From Octopus sinensis (Eukaryota): 64,000 bases of DNA. The notes under the pieces are model-generated. The model saw only the letters and a program-made list of their open reading frames with translations, did no database searches and was not told the DNA's origin. Of the stretch, positions 26,481-39,160 are shown piece after piece. Position numbers and translations under genes: made by a program. The first letter of the stretch is position 1. Every line of letters begins with the position of its first letter. Location of the stretch: NCBI RefSeq assembly GCF_006345805.1, contig NC_043008.1, positions 34,968,001 through 35,032,000 on the forward strand. Direction: 5' to 3'.

Positions 26481-26920
26481 ATTAACATATATTAACACAT
26501 ATATTATTTTCTCTTGTAGCAACAGCAGAAAGGAAACTGAATAAATAAATAAACAAATAATTAAAGATACTACTTTTATTTATAGAATTTCTTTTTATTT
26601 AACCATTTTTAGACTGCTTCTTATCTCCTTTCTTTCAAGAAAGTATAACACATAATAATGTTTTGTCGGTATTCTATTACTATAGTAAACTAAACTAAAA
26701 CTAAAGCTGTATAAGCATTAATAAATAAAAAAGTTATAAATTTCTATTAACCGCTATTCATGGAAGCTTGTAGAATAAAACAATTTGCAGTCCATAAAAT
26801 ATTCACAATGTTCCAAGTTGAAACAGTATTCTCGTTTTGCGTACGTGTGGCTTGCTTTGAAGTTGGAAAAAAGTATTGATGAAAGTGAAAAGTATTTAAG
26901 AATAAATAATCACTAGACTT

Positions 26921-26979
<59 letters not shown>

Positions 26980-26980
26980 T

Positions 26981-27790
26981 ATACTACACAAGTGCAACGA
27001 GCCTCTGCAGAATGTATGGGAAGCAGGGGTGACCTAAAAAAGAAGACCGAAAGCCTAATCATCGCTGCCCATGATCAGGCATTAAATACCAACTCAGTGA
27101 AAAGAGATATATACCACACAAATGCAACGAACCTCTGCAGAATGTGTGGGAAGAGGGTCGAAAGTGTGACACACATTGTTAGTGCTTGTGAAAGTCTTGC
27201 GCAGAAAGAGTACAAGAGCAGGCATGGCAAGGTAGCGCAGAACCTTCACTGGCTACTCTGCCGGAAGAATGAATACGAGGTAACTGGTGCTTGGTACCAA
27301 CATACACCGGAAAAGGTAACTAACGAAAAGGGCAAGGCAAAAGTCCTTTGGGACTTCGACTTCCAGACAGACAAAGTGTTAGAACACCGAAGGCCGGACA
27401 TAGTAACCTTTTGGAGGGACAAACAAGAGTGCTTAATAATCGACGTAGCAGTACCAGAGAAAATATTGATAAATATGAAGACCTGAGAATTGAGATTGCC
27501 AGGATGTGGCAGCTATGAGAGTCAAACATAAAGGTTGTTTATGTTGTCATCGGAGCAGTGGGCTCAATACCACCCAACCTGAAGAAACATTTGGAAACTT
27601 TATAAATAACCTAAACTCTAGGTGTATTGCAAAAATCGGCATTACTTTGAACAGCACGCATATTGCATAAAGTACTGTCAGTCTGAGGTCCTTGTTGTGG
27701 CTTGACAGACAGTACAAACTCCAGGTAGACACAATATCTTCAATCAACAACATCACGATTTTGGATAGAGAGCTACGTCTGAAATAATAT
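26981..27790 (+). mobile_element. 5'-truncated R4/Dong-like LINE (CCHC knuckle + RLE) after (TAA)n
   Basis: ESLIIAAHDQAL...CRMCGKRVESVTHIVSAC...RHGKVAQNLHW...LWDFDFQTD...RRPDIV...IIDVAVP...KYEDL. Confidence 0.92.
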
Positions 27791-27791
27791 T

Positions 27792-27838
<47 letters not shown>

Positions 27839-27854
27839 ATAATAATAATAATAA

Positions 27855-28100
27855 TTTCAAGTTTTGGCACAAGGCCAGCAAATTCGGGGCGGGAGTAGGT
27901 CAATTTGATCGACTCTAGTGCTCAGCTAGTACTTATTTTATCGAGACCAAAAGAATGAAAGACAAAGTCGATCTCCACAGAGTTTGTATGATAGATAAAT
28001 TGATAGATAGATAGATAAGTAAGAAATTAGGTAGATAGTCGGACGAAATGCTGTTAAGCATTTTGCCCGGCACGTTAATGGTTCTGTCAGTTCCCCGTCT
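27855..28100 (-). mobile_element. SINE family B, diverged, with internal (GATA)n
   Basis: Matches B tail and head pieces. Confidence 0.7.
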
Positions 28101-28239
28101 TAGTAGTAGTAGTAGTAGTAGTAGTCGTCGTTGTCGTCGCCGTCGTCGTCGTCGTAGTAGTAGTAGTAGTAGTAGTCATCCCCCTTTGGCTCATTCCTAC
28201 CCCTTCATCTTTCTAACACCCTCTTTAGAATCCTTGCTG

Positions 28240-29290
28240 TTACTAACAAGGCTGTTCTCTGCAACAGTCCCATCCTGATGGTAATTGCTAGCTTCTCAAG
28301 CCATGCGTTCATCTCATGCCAACCGCTCCTAGTGATCTAGTCACAATCAGTACCACTTCTACATGCCTGATTCTCTATACTTTCCTGATTTCCCACTTCA
28401 GCTCCTGATATTTCTCCACTTTCTCACTTTTCTTCTCATTCACGGTAAAGCAATATCTTTGTTGCTTAACAAATTGCTTTTTTCTTCTTTTCTACGACAC
28501 CAATGTCAGGTTTTCTTGCTACAAGGAAATGTTCACATTGGATGGTCATGTTCCACAAGATCTTATATTGTTCGTTCCCAGCAACCCTTCCCAGTTGGTG
28601 CTCATACCATTTCTCATTCCTGCTCATGTCACACTTATTTCAGAGCTTCCAGTAAACCAGTCTAGCAATGTTCTCGTGCCTTCTCTTGTACATTCTCTGT
28701 GCAAGCATCTTACATTCAGTAACGATGTGGTTTATTCCTTCACCTTTCACACCACATAACCTACAAAGCGGGAAAGCCATTGATTTGTCAATATTCTTTT
28801 CTACTCTAGGCACAAGGCCCGAAATTTTTGGGAAGGGGGCCAGTCAATTAGATCGACACTAGTACGCAACTGGTACTTAATTTATCGACCCCGAAAGGAT
28901 GAAAGGCAAATTCGACCACGGCAGAATTTGAACTCAGAACATAAAAACAGACGAAATACCGCTAAACATTTCGCCCGGCGTGCTACCTTTTCTGCCAGCT
29001 CGCCGCTTTACTGATCTGTCAATATTGAACTTGATATAGTTCCTTCTCAGTGCCTGTTCTTGGGCTGCGAAGATAAGGGCTGCAGTTTCAACTTTTAAGT
29101 CACCTTTCCTAGTCCATTCTCAGATCTTATCTTGTCAACTGTTTCAGGCATTTCCTGCAAGAATTAGTTAAACATTCTACCTTTTTTTCCCCATCTATTG
29201 AAGGTGTTATTCTGTCTGTCTAGCTTAAATTCTTCCTTTTTCTTTGCTTCATCATTGCTTAGGACTTATATCTTTCTTACTCTCACCATT
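28240..29290 (-). mobile_element. R4/Dong-like LINE C-terminal relic, interrupted by SINE-B
   Basis: ETAALIFAAQEQAL...CRLCGVKGEGINHIVTEC...RHENIA...ILWNMTIQCEH...RKPDIG...KVEKYQELKWEI; (ATT)n at 29335-29385. Confidence 0.88.
28796..29008 (-). mobile_element. SINE family B with 15-bp TSD
   Basis: tgat(t/c)tgtcaatatt at 28781-28795 and 29012-29026. Confidence 0.92.
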
Positions 29291-29347
29291 ATCATTATTA
29301 TCATTTAAAAAGTAGTGAAAATAAAAAAGAATTAATTATTATTATTA

Positions 29348-29385
<38 letters not shown>

Positions 29386-29612
29386 GATGGCTATTTTCAC
29401 TGTTTTCTCGGCCAATTCTATATCGATAGCCATGGACTCAAACTAGTACAGTTAACGCTATTAACAATGATGTTGATGTATTATAGCTTAAATGTTTTGT
29501 GTTTCAGAATAATCTGTGTTCACGATTTTCTTCCCTGCAATGGTCAACAACATTGTTGTGTACTTAAAAAGACGTTGATTTCGTAACGGCGTACTTCTGG
29601 CTTCATCCACGC

Positions 29613-29691
<79 letters not shown>

Positions 29692-29746
29692 TGGCGGTGC
29701 CCCAGCATGGCCACAGCTCATGAGCTGAAACTAGAATCAATCAATC

Positions 29747-29793
<47 letters not shown>

Positions 29794-29818
29794 TGTGTGT
29801 GTGTCTGTGTATCTGTTT

Positions 29819-29864
<46 letters not shown>

Positions 29865-29869
29865 CTATA

Positions 29870-30568
29870 TGTAAAATATACTGTCTTGAATGACACAACA
29901 ATACACTATAATGACAACAATGGACTATAATACTTGTTATTATTTAACTATCCTTTGTCTGATATTATAATAATATTTCGGAATACAACAATTCCTTCTT
30001 CAGACATCGCTAGGAACTGTTCGAGTCACTGTTACAATCAGTTTTCCAACGGTTACTGAATTTTTTTTGTTTTCTTTTGTTTGTTTTTCCGGAAGCGTCT
30101 CTGCAGTGGCTGGAGGTTGGCAATCAATATATTATTTAGCTACATCTGGATGCGGGTAGGCTCATTTTTGATAAAAAAAACTGATGTATTATTTAAAAAA
30201 AGAAAATAAAGAGGAGTTGGGAAAGGAAGTTGCACGTATAATACATAACTTAGAAGCAGCGCTGCGGGTGTGCCAACACACACAAGCTTGAGACATGGCC
30301 GCTCACGCACTTCTCTTTAGGAATTCCGGAAGGAGCTTCGTGAGACCACTGCAGAGATGCTTCCGGAAAAAGAAAAAAAAATCAGTAACCGTCGGAAAAC
30401 CGATTTAGCAGTGACTCGAACAATTCCTACCGATATCTAAAGAAGGAATTTTTGCATTCCGAAATATTATTATTATAACAGACTGGATAATTAAATTATA
30501 ACAGTTATTGTAGTCCATTGTTGTTATTATAGTGCATTGTTGTACCAGTCAAGACATTATATTTTACA
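29870..30568. mobile_element. Fold-back element: ~230-bp inverted arms, each with a hammerhead-like motif
   Basis: Arms 29870-30109 and 30346-30568; left arm minus strand CUGAAGA-A-GGAAU-uguugu-AUUCC-GAAA-UAUUAU-U-AUAAUA-UC; right arm core mutated to CUAAAGA. Confidence 0.8.
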
Positions 30569-30664
30569 AACAATACACAATGCTTCAAGCGAACTACAAT
30601 ACTCTCCTATACACAAACACACACACACACACACACATACACACATATATATATACACACATAA

Positions 30665-30836
30665 ACCTGAGCATACAAATTCTGGTATATGCTTGTAATT
30701 ATTGGGGCATTGGGATATGTAACACATTGCCTAAATACCAGTCTTGAGAAATTAGGCTTCACAAAATCAAACCAGAAAAGAGAAAGCAGATTCGAAGACT
30801 ACACATCCAAGCCATCACTGGAACTGTAGCGCATCC
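30665..30836 (+). mobile_element. RLE-type LINE C-terminal fragment
   Basis: VIIGALGYVTHCLNTSLEKLGF...IRRLHIQAITGTV, homologous to the 44.9 kb and 55.7 kb fragments. Confidence 0.7.
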
Positions 30837-31128
30837 CGCTCAAATGGTCCTTGGATAAAGGCTGTCTGAAGATGATGAACGAAATTTATTCAAATCCCAA
30901 AGAATTCCTTTCAACACATAACTATGATGCTCCCCCACTACTCCTGCTCGTTATCAGAGATGCATATATCGTCAGCCACCAAGGAACATGCTCAACTGGT
31001 TAAGGTCAAACAACTGAAAGCAAATCTGTGGTATTGAGCAGAATATTTGTTGTAGCCCGTCTTTTATACCAAGACAAAACATGTACATGAAAACGCTTTC
31101 AATCAGTTAAGATCAAAAGCCATGAGAG

Positions 31129-31187
<59 letters not shown>

Positions 31188-31188
31188 T

Positions 31189-31271
<83 letters not shown>

Positions 31272-31292
31272 ATAATAATAATAATAATAATA

Positions 31293-34280
31293 TAACCTGA
31301 AAATAATTGGTAAAATCCGCCTTGCACTTCAAGATATAATTTCGGCTAATGATATTGATATTACAGATCTAAATCACCTCTACTATGCATCCGCAAAAAT
31401 CTCAACGATTCTATGTGGTGAAAAGATTAGAAAACGATAACATTCCCACAAAAGTCTACCTAGCAAGAGCGTATTCAACACCAAATTCAGCTACTTAGGT
31501 CTGACATAGAATGACAAGACTATCAAACCAACAAAAATCCGAAAATTAAAGAATAAATATTATATGAAAATCATATTGACATCGATACCACCATAGAAAC
31601 AATCAAGCAAAAGGCATGTGCTAAAGCTGCCCGCATAGCAAGGTATGAAAAGCACGTTAGATACTTCAAGGACAACAACATGTTCAAAAATAACCTCAAA
31701 ATTTTTTACAGGAAGATAGAGAAAATACTAGTTACAGTAAAGTCTGTCCCATCAACAGAAGAAGTGCAGGAATTTTGGAATAAAATTTGGGCGGAAGAAA
31801 AAACACACAATGAAGGCCCTCGGATTGATAGAATATCTACAGATTTAGACTCCTTAGAAGAGCAAAAGTGGGAGGGTATCAAGGTAGATGATGTAAGATC
31901 TGTTCTCAGGAAGTCAAGCAAATGGAAGTCTCCAGTAAAGGATAACATTCCTAACTTCTGGTTGAATACTTTCCCAGAGAGCTATGAACTGCGAATAAAA
32001 CTTTACAACAATGTTTTGCAACAACCTAGTATGATTCCCTCTTGGCTAGTTAATGGTGTAACATTCCTACTTCCAAAAAATGAAGAAACAAATGAACCAA
32101 AAAATTATAGACCCATAACCTGCTTAACAACAATGTATAAAATGCTAGCATCTGTCTTGACTGAATATACCTATCGTTTTTTAATAGAAAGTGGCATATT
32201 CCCTAATGAGCAAAAAGGATGCAAACGAGGGTCTTATGGTTGTAAATACCAGCTATTCATCAATAAGATGATCTTGGAAGATTGTCACAAACGACACAAA
32301 AACTTGTTGATAGCCTGGATAGCCTATAAAAAAGCTTTTGATAGTCTACCACATAAGTGGATTAAGAATGTCTGGAAATGTATAAAATAGCACCTATTCT
32401 GCGAAACTTCTTGTCTGTAAGTATGAGATCATGGAGAACCACACTGACTTAGTGACAATAAATCTCTTAATGCTGGAGATGTAAGAGTTTCATGTGGCAT
32501 TTTCCAGGGTGACTCTCTATCATCACTCCTCTTTTGTCTAGCCTTAATACTTCTCTCGCAATTGCTCAATGATGTACAATACGGTTATAAAATGTTTGAT
32601 AAAAATATAAATCATCTCATTTACATTGATGATTTAAAGCTCTTTGCAAAAAAAAAACATAAATAAATGACCAACAACTACAGGGCTTACTAGCAATTGT
32701 TAAACAATTCAGTGATGACATCAGGATGCAATGTGGCCTCCATAAATGTGCAAAAGTTACTTTTATCAAAGAAAAATTTACAGAGACATCCAATGTTAAT
32801 CTTGACCAGCAGGATGTCATAAAGGAATTAGCACCAGCGGAGAGCTACAAATACCTAGGGGTATTTGAAGGGGACGGAATCAAACATTCAGTGATGAGGG
32901 AAAGGATCAGAAGAGAATGTTATCGTAGGGTATGCAAGAAACAGGATTGAAGCGATTAATACTTTAGCTATAACAGTCGTGCCTTACAGTTTCAATATCA
33001 TTAACTGGTCAATCACTGAAATACGTAATCGTGACAAAAAAATAGGAAAATTGTTGACAATGCAGAAAAATGCCCCACCCTAAGGTAGATATAGAACGAC
33101 TTTACCTCCCAAGAAAAGAGGGTGGTCGTGGACTTTTACAACTGGAATTAACAAAGAAAGCGTCATTCTCAGTAACAAAACAAGCAGAGGAATATCTAAG
33201 TGAATTCCAAATACAGAAAATTCCAGAATTAGACGTACTAGAAACAAGCACAGAAAAAGCTAAGCATATGAAAACCCGTGCTAAAACTGCCGCCTTAGAT
33301 ATTCTTACTGATAAATGGCAAGAAAAACCTCTCAATGGCAAATACCCAAAGAGAGCTAATAGTGCCGTTATTGACAAAACCCTTACCCATCAATAATGGT
33401 TAGTGTCTTCTGGCTTAAAATCAGAAACAGAAGGGTTTACCATAGCAGCCCAAGATCAATGTTTACCTACAAGAAACTACCAGGCCAACATATTAAAGAA
33501 CGGCAGTAGCCCAACATGTCATGTATGTCAACAACAAAATGAAACCATTGATCATGTTGTCTCCAAGTGCAGTATTCTTGTGCCAACAGAGTATCTCAGT
33601 AGGCATGATAGAGCAGCACAATATATTTACTGGGCAATTTTCAAAAACTTGGATCTGCCCCATGATAAAAACTAGTGGGAACACACACCACCTCCAGTGC
33701 TTGAAAATGATCACATCTCACTCCTCTGGAATTTCACCATTCAAACTGACAGAAAGATAGATGCGAATAGGCCAGACATTATATTGGGAGACTTCAGACA
33801 AAGAACATGCCTCCTCATTGATATGACTGTCCCAAACGACATAAATGTATATGTCAAGACCTACCAAAAGCTGAGCAAGTATAAAGATCTTGAAATAGAA
33901 ATTGGCAAAATGTGGGACCTCTGACTAAAGCAACACTTGTTGTCATAAGTGCCCTAGGAATGATAGCAAAAGAGACTAATTCCTATCTAGCCCAGATACC
34001 AGGAAACCCAGATACCCAGAATGGCAGAACTTCAAAAGATAGTGCTCATGGGAACTGCCTATTTCCTACGTAAAATACTGTCTATGTAATCTCAAATTTT
34101 AAAACAAATTCATAATTTTCTTATGTTTTCTTAAGCATTCTCTAAAACAATACTACATGCAAAACCAAATATACGACACCCTAGACATAACACCAACATG
34201 AATTTCTAACTTGTTTCTTGAGGTGTTTGGGTAAGACTTGGAGCCAACTTGTACAAATACATAGCAAAAGTCAAACATAT
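31293..34280 (+). mobile_element. R4/Dong-like LINE, ~3 kb, RT plus RLE, frameshifted, flanked by (TAA)n on both sides
   Basis: PKNYRPITCL, EQKGCKRGSYGC, AWIAYKKAFDSLPH, GIFQGDSLS, HLIYIDDLKLFA, YKYLG, RLYLPRKEGGRGL, AAQDQ, CHVC..ETIDHVVSKC, NRPDII. Confidence 0.95.
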
Positions 34281-34818
34281 AATGATAATAATAATGATAG
34301 TAATAATAATAATAATAACACATATATCTATATCTGTCTATCTATCTATATACATATGAATACAAGCACACACACACATAGACTTCTCTGCGTGTGTGCC
34401 TATATAAATCGTAAACAAATATACTCAAAATAAAATATTTGTAGACGGCTTAAGCGTCAAAACATACTGACGAATGGATTAATGGATACGCAGTGGAATC
34501 GTATATCTGATTACATTTATACTTCTCTACTTACAATTACTGAAGCAGTGACACTAACTATTAATGAATATATCTACATATGCAATTGCTTATGTAACTT
34601 CTAATATTCAGAATTAAGCAAAAGATTTCAAGATAGTTTTTTATAAAAATAGTTTGAGGCATTATTTAATGAATCACATGTTTACTGACATGATACTTCT
34701 GTATTTATAAATAATTGCATATGTAGAGTCAGACTATATTATAACACTACTCTATATTTTGCTAGAATCAAATATAAGCTTTTGCAGCAGATTAATATTA
34801 CTGTATTTCATTGTAATG

Positions 34819-35130
34819 TGGAGGCGCAATGGCCCTGTAGTTAGGGCAGCGGACTCGCGGTCGGATGATCGCGGCTTCGATTCCCAGACCGGGCGTTGTG
34901 TGTGTTTCTTGTGCGAAAACACCTAAATGCTTCACGAGGCTCTGGCAGGGGGTTGTGGTGACCCCTTATACTCTTTCGCCACAACTTTCTCTCACTATCT
35001 CTTCCTGTATCTTGAGTAACGCTGCGATGGACTGGCGTCCCGTCCAGCTGGGGGGAACACATACGCCACAGAAACCGGGAAACTGGGCCCATGAGCCTGG
35101 CTTGGTTTGAGAAGGGCGACGTTTATCATT
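34819..35130 (+). mobile_element. SINE family C (tRNA-like head, V-SINE-like 3' motif)
   Basis: A/B-box-like tggccctgtagttagg / gcttcgattccc; 3' gctgcgatggactggcgtcccgtccag; single copy in the window. Confidence 0.7.
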
Positions 35131-35202
35131 TTTATTTCATTGTAATATATATACATATTTGTATACATGCATACATACATGCGTGCGCGTGCACACACAC
35201 AC

Positions 35203-35500
35203 AATGTAGTCTATAGAATGAAGTGTACAGAAGGACAGTTCAGAAACAGGACAACGACGTACATTGGAGAGACAGCACGTAGCAAAGTTGGGCAGATAAG
35301 TGAACACTGGCGGTGGGATCAAAATGGAGAAAAACTCGGCAGTGCTCTATAATCATACTCAATTTAAACGTTGAGGTTCGTTTGATAACATAGATGTTAG
35401 GATTTTATCGACATACAGAGCAAACACCGCACTCAGACAAATTACAGAGGCCACACACATAGTAGAAGATAGACCGAGCCTCAACAGAAGAGTTGAATGA
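35203..35500 (+). pseudogene. Penelope-like element GIY-YIG endonuclease fragment
   Basis: NVVYRMKCTE...TTYIGETARS...ISEHW, then after a frameshift LRQITEATHIVEDRPSLNRRVE*. Confidence 0.85.
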
Positions 35501-35606
35501 AGTAATAATACCCCTCACTCCACCACACTATGCAGGCTAAATACAGAACGAGTGTATAAATCCGAACTTGCATATTCGGGTTTATATGTATGTATATATG
35601 TATGTA

Positions 35607-35662
<56 letters not shown>

Positions 35663-35837
35663 CATGTATGGATGTATAAACAAACACACACATACACACA
35701 TATGTATGTATGTTTAGATAGTTATCAAATACAGCATATACCTTTTTAGGATTCTAATCTCTGGAAAGTTATTAACGAAGAAGCTGACCGAATGAATCTT
35801 TGAAATGATCCAGGGTTCGGTAAGAGAAAACAATGAG

Positions 35838-36050
35838 AGCACTCCGTCGGTTACGACGGCGAGGGTCCCAGCGGATACAATCAACGGAACAGCTTGCTCG
35901 TGAAATTAACGTGCAAGTGACTGAGCAATCCACACGCACACGTGTACCCCTATAGTAGTTCTCAGGGAGATTCAGCATGGCACAGAGTGTGACAAGGCTG
36001 GCCCTTTGAAATACAGGTGCAACTCATTTTTGTCAGCTGAGTGCACTGAG
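35838..36050 (-). mobile_element. SINE family D, 3' part
   Basis: Reverse complement of 36485-36685. Confidence 0.85.
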
Positions 36051-36371
36051 AGAAAACAAACCAATCAACATACAAACAAACAACTAAAACAAATATTTTT
36101 GAGCTCATCTCCTTTAGAAAATTACTTTTCAGGAGAACCTCTCATGAAATTTAACAATATCAAAAACTTAGGAGTAATTGTCGGCATCAACTTCAACAGG
36201 TATCTTTACATTTGGGCGCGCCAGTTAATATGGTTTGCTAGGCGAGCTATTGTCTTTTCAGAACATTTCGCTTCAGAGATGCAGATGTTATCATTCTTTC
36301 ATTCGTTGCTTTCATACTTTCTCACCTAGAGTACAGTTGGTACTGAGAATTGTATATGTATGTATGTATGT

Positions 36372-36685
36372 GAGGCGTGTGGCTTAGTGGTTAGGGACAT
36401 TCAGGTCATGATCGTAAGGTCGCGAGTTCAATTCCCGGCGGCGCGTTGTGTCCTTGAGCAAGACACTTTATTTCATGTTGCTTCAGTCCACTCAGCTGGC
36501 AAAAATGAGTAGTAACTGTATTTCAAAGGGGCCAGCCTTGTCACACTCTGTGTCATGCTGAATCTCCCCGAAAACTACATTAAGGATACACGTGTTTGTG
36601 GAATGCTCAGCCACTTGTACGTTAATTTCACGAGCAAGCTGTTCCGTCGATCGTATCAGCTGAGACACCGTCGTCGCAACCGACA
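36372..36685 (+). mobile_element. SINE family D (tRNA head + CORE-like segment)
   Basis: tggcttagtggttagg / gagttcaattccc boxes; gtgtccttgagcaagacactt CORE-like motif. Confidence 0.85.
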
Positions 36686-36769
36686 TGTGTATATATTTGT
36701 ATATATACCTTATATGTACATGCAGTGATAGGTACATTTTCTTTATAGCAGATCAAAATGGAGATTCTC

Positions 36770-37790
36770 TGGAATGTCTTCCAAACCTCTCTGTACGACT
36801 AATTTATTGTAGGATGTGAAGGGACCTACTTTCCTTTTCCCTTTTCTTTTCTTTCTTTTTTCTTCTTCTGTAAACATAACGCTTTTACATAAAACTGTTT
36901 ATTTATTGTCCAGAACACCCATGATAATAGGTACTAAGGAAATCTAAAACCTGTTACATGTGCAGTAAATTTCGCATTAGCTAACTATAGATGTTCTCTT
37001 TTTCGATAACATTTGATGAGATATTTGCTTCTACTGACCTATGCAGCAATACACAACTTTTATTCCCTACTCTAGAAGCAACATCACTTCTGTTATGTTT
37101 GCTCTAGATTGCTGCTTTTATTGGAAAGTCTCACCAGCATTCCTTATTTCTCAATAAGTGTGTGCACTCTAGTTGTATTATGCATTTTGCATGACCGCCA
37201 GGAGATTTCTTTCTACAGAAAGCATCATAAACTGCTTTGTCAACAATGTCAAGTCTCATGAGAAGATATTTACTAGACATTTTTAGGCATTTGCTGAGGA
37301 TGTGAGTAATATCGAACTCATAGCTATGGTACAATTAAGAGCTACCAAAATGTGTTGTTTTAGAGACATCCTTATGCATCTTTATATGTGTATGCATAAA
37401 TATATGTATGTATGTCTCTCTTTCTCTTTCTTATTTAGAATAAATTTTGACCGCCACCAAGTTGGTAGCAGGGTTATGAAGGAAGTTATCTTGATTTAAC
37501 CGTCATCCTTTAAATCTTAAGAAGGTCTTGCAGACTTTTTAGAGTCCCACATATTGAAATCATCTGTAGTGCATGAATTAAAAATTTTCGTTCTCTCCCC
37601 AAGATCTCACGTTTAGTCATACTTTGCTCCAGACAGGTTGGTATGCATCCCGTTCCTCCAGTAATAATAAGTATGAAGCTGAAAGTGTATCTTGGGTACT
37701 GGATTTTCAAACTCCCTATCAATGCTCTTTTTCTCTTGTATTTTTCTAACCACATTAGTGCTCAAAGAGCAGCTGATTTTCACTACAAAA
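36770..37790 (-). mobile_element. Degenerate RLE-type LINE C-terminal relic
   Basis: DITHILSKCLKMSSKYLLMRLDIVDKAVY...KECW*DFPIK...KHNRSDV...EKENIY. Confidence 0.7.
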
Positions 37791-37831
37791 CATATCTTTT
37801 GTTTATATGCATTATATAAGTATGTATATAA

Positions 37832-38100
37832 GACAGCGAGCTGGCGGAATCGCTAGCATGCAGGGTAAAATTCTTAGTGGCATTTCGTCCGTCTTTACAT
37901 TCTGTGTTCAAATTCCGTCGAGGTCGCACTGGGGTCGATTTAACCGACTATCACCCTCCCCAACATTTCAGGCCTTGTGCTTATAGTAGAAAGGATGAAA
38001 GGCAAAGTCGACCCCGGCGGAATTTGAACTCAGAACGTAGCGGCAGACGAAATGCCGCTAAGAATTTCGCCCAGCGTGCTACCGTTTCTGCCAACTCGCC
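37832..38100. mobile_element. Two SINE-B copies fused tail-to-tail (inverted)
   Basis: Plus copy 37832-37992 and minus copy 37988-38100, joined at gaaaggat. Confidence 0.85.
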
Positions 38101-38479
38101 GAGTGAGTGGTTGTGATACTAAAATATGCACATTGTAACATTGTCACTATAAGTGTTCATTGTGCAGGTGACTTCTGCAGTGTGACTTCATGGTTCTTGG
38201 CTGTCAGAAGTTGTTATTGTTGTCGTTGTGGTCGGGGTATCATGTGCGTCAGGGACGATGGAATACCGTTGCATCTGTTGATTTGTCACACATGAAGGAA
38301 CATGGAAGGCTTAACGTACATGTAGCAGTCGCAATTGTATTGCTGCTACGGTTTTATAAGGCGTCTCAATTAAAGAAGATGGGTGAATGTATAGTCAGGA
38401 ATGCATCGACAATTGAAGAAGATAGTCATCATCAAATTCAGGAAGCAAACGCGTATGTACGTATGAATTTTTTGGTATA

Positions 38480-38617
38480 TTTATGTATGTATGTATGTAT
38501 GTATGTATGTATGTATGTATGTATGTATGTATGTATGTATGTATGTGTATATATATGTATGTATGTATGTGTATATGTATGTAAGTATGTATGTATGTAT
38601 GTATGTATGTATGTATG

Positions 38618-38648
<31 letters not shown>

Positions 38649-38807
38649 GTATGTATGTATGTTATGTATGTATGTATGTATGTATGTATGTACATATGTA
38701 TGTATGTATGTAGTATGTATGTATGTATGTATGTAGGTATGTATGTATGTATGTAAGTATGTAAGTATGTATGTATGTAAGTATGTATGTATTATGTATG
38801 TATGTAG

Positions 38808-38838
<31 letters not shown>

Positions 38839-39160
38839 GTAGTATGTATGTAAGTATGTATGTTGTATGTATGTAAGTATGTAGTATGTATGTATGTATG
38901 TAAGTATGTATGTATGTATGTATGTATGTATGTAGTATGTATGTATGTAAGTATGTAAGTATGTATGTATGTTATGTATGTATGTATGTATGTATGTAAG
39001 TATGTATGTATGTATGTATGTATGTAGTATGTATGTATGTAGTATGTATGTATGTATGTATGTATGTATGTATGTATGTTGTATGTATGTATGTATTATG
39101 TATGTATGTAATGTATGTATGTATGTATGTACATATGTATGTATGTGTATATATATGTCT
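38480..39160. repeat. (TATG)n microsatellite tract
   Basis: Directly visible. Confidence 0.95.

Noticed and set aside
30866-30895. ctgaagatgatgaacgaaa hammerhead-like string
   Set aside because: No stem II or stem I pairing; likely chance
31680-33924. LINE ORF pieces as functional genes
   Set aside because: Multiple frameshifts and stops across one decayed retrotransposon
34819-34895. tRNA gene candidates (also 36372-36445 and the SINE-A/B heads)
   Set aside because: A/B boxes are present but they continue into SINE bodies and lack a complete cloverleaf
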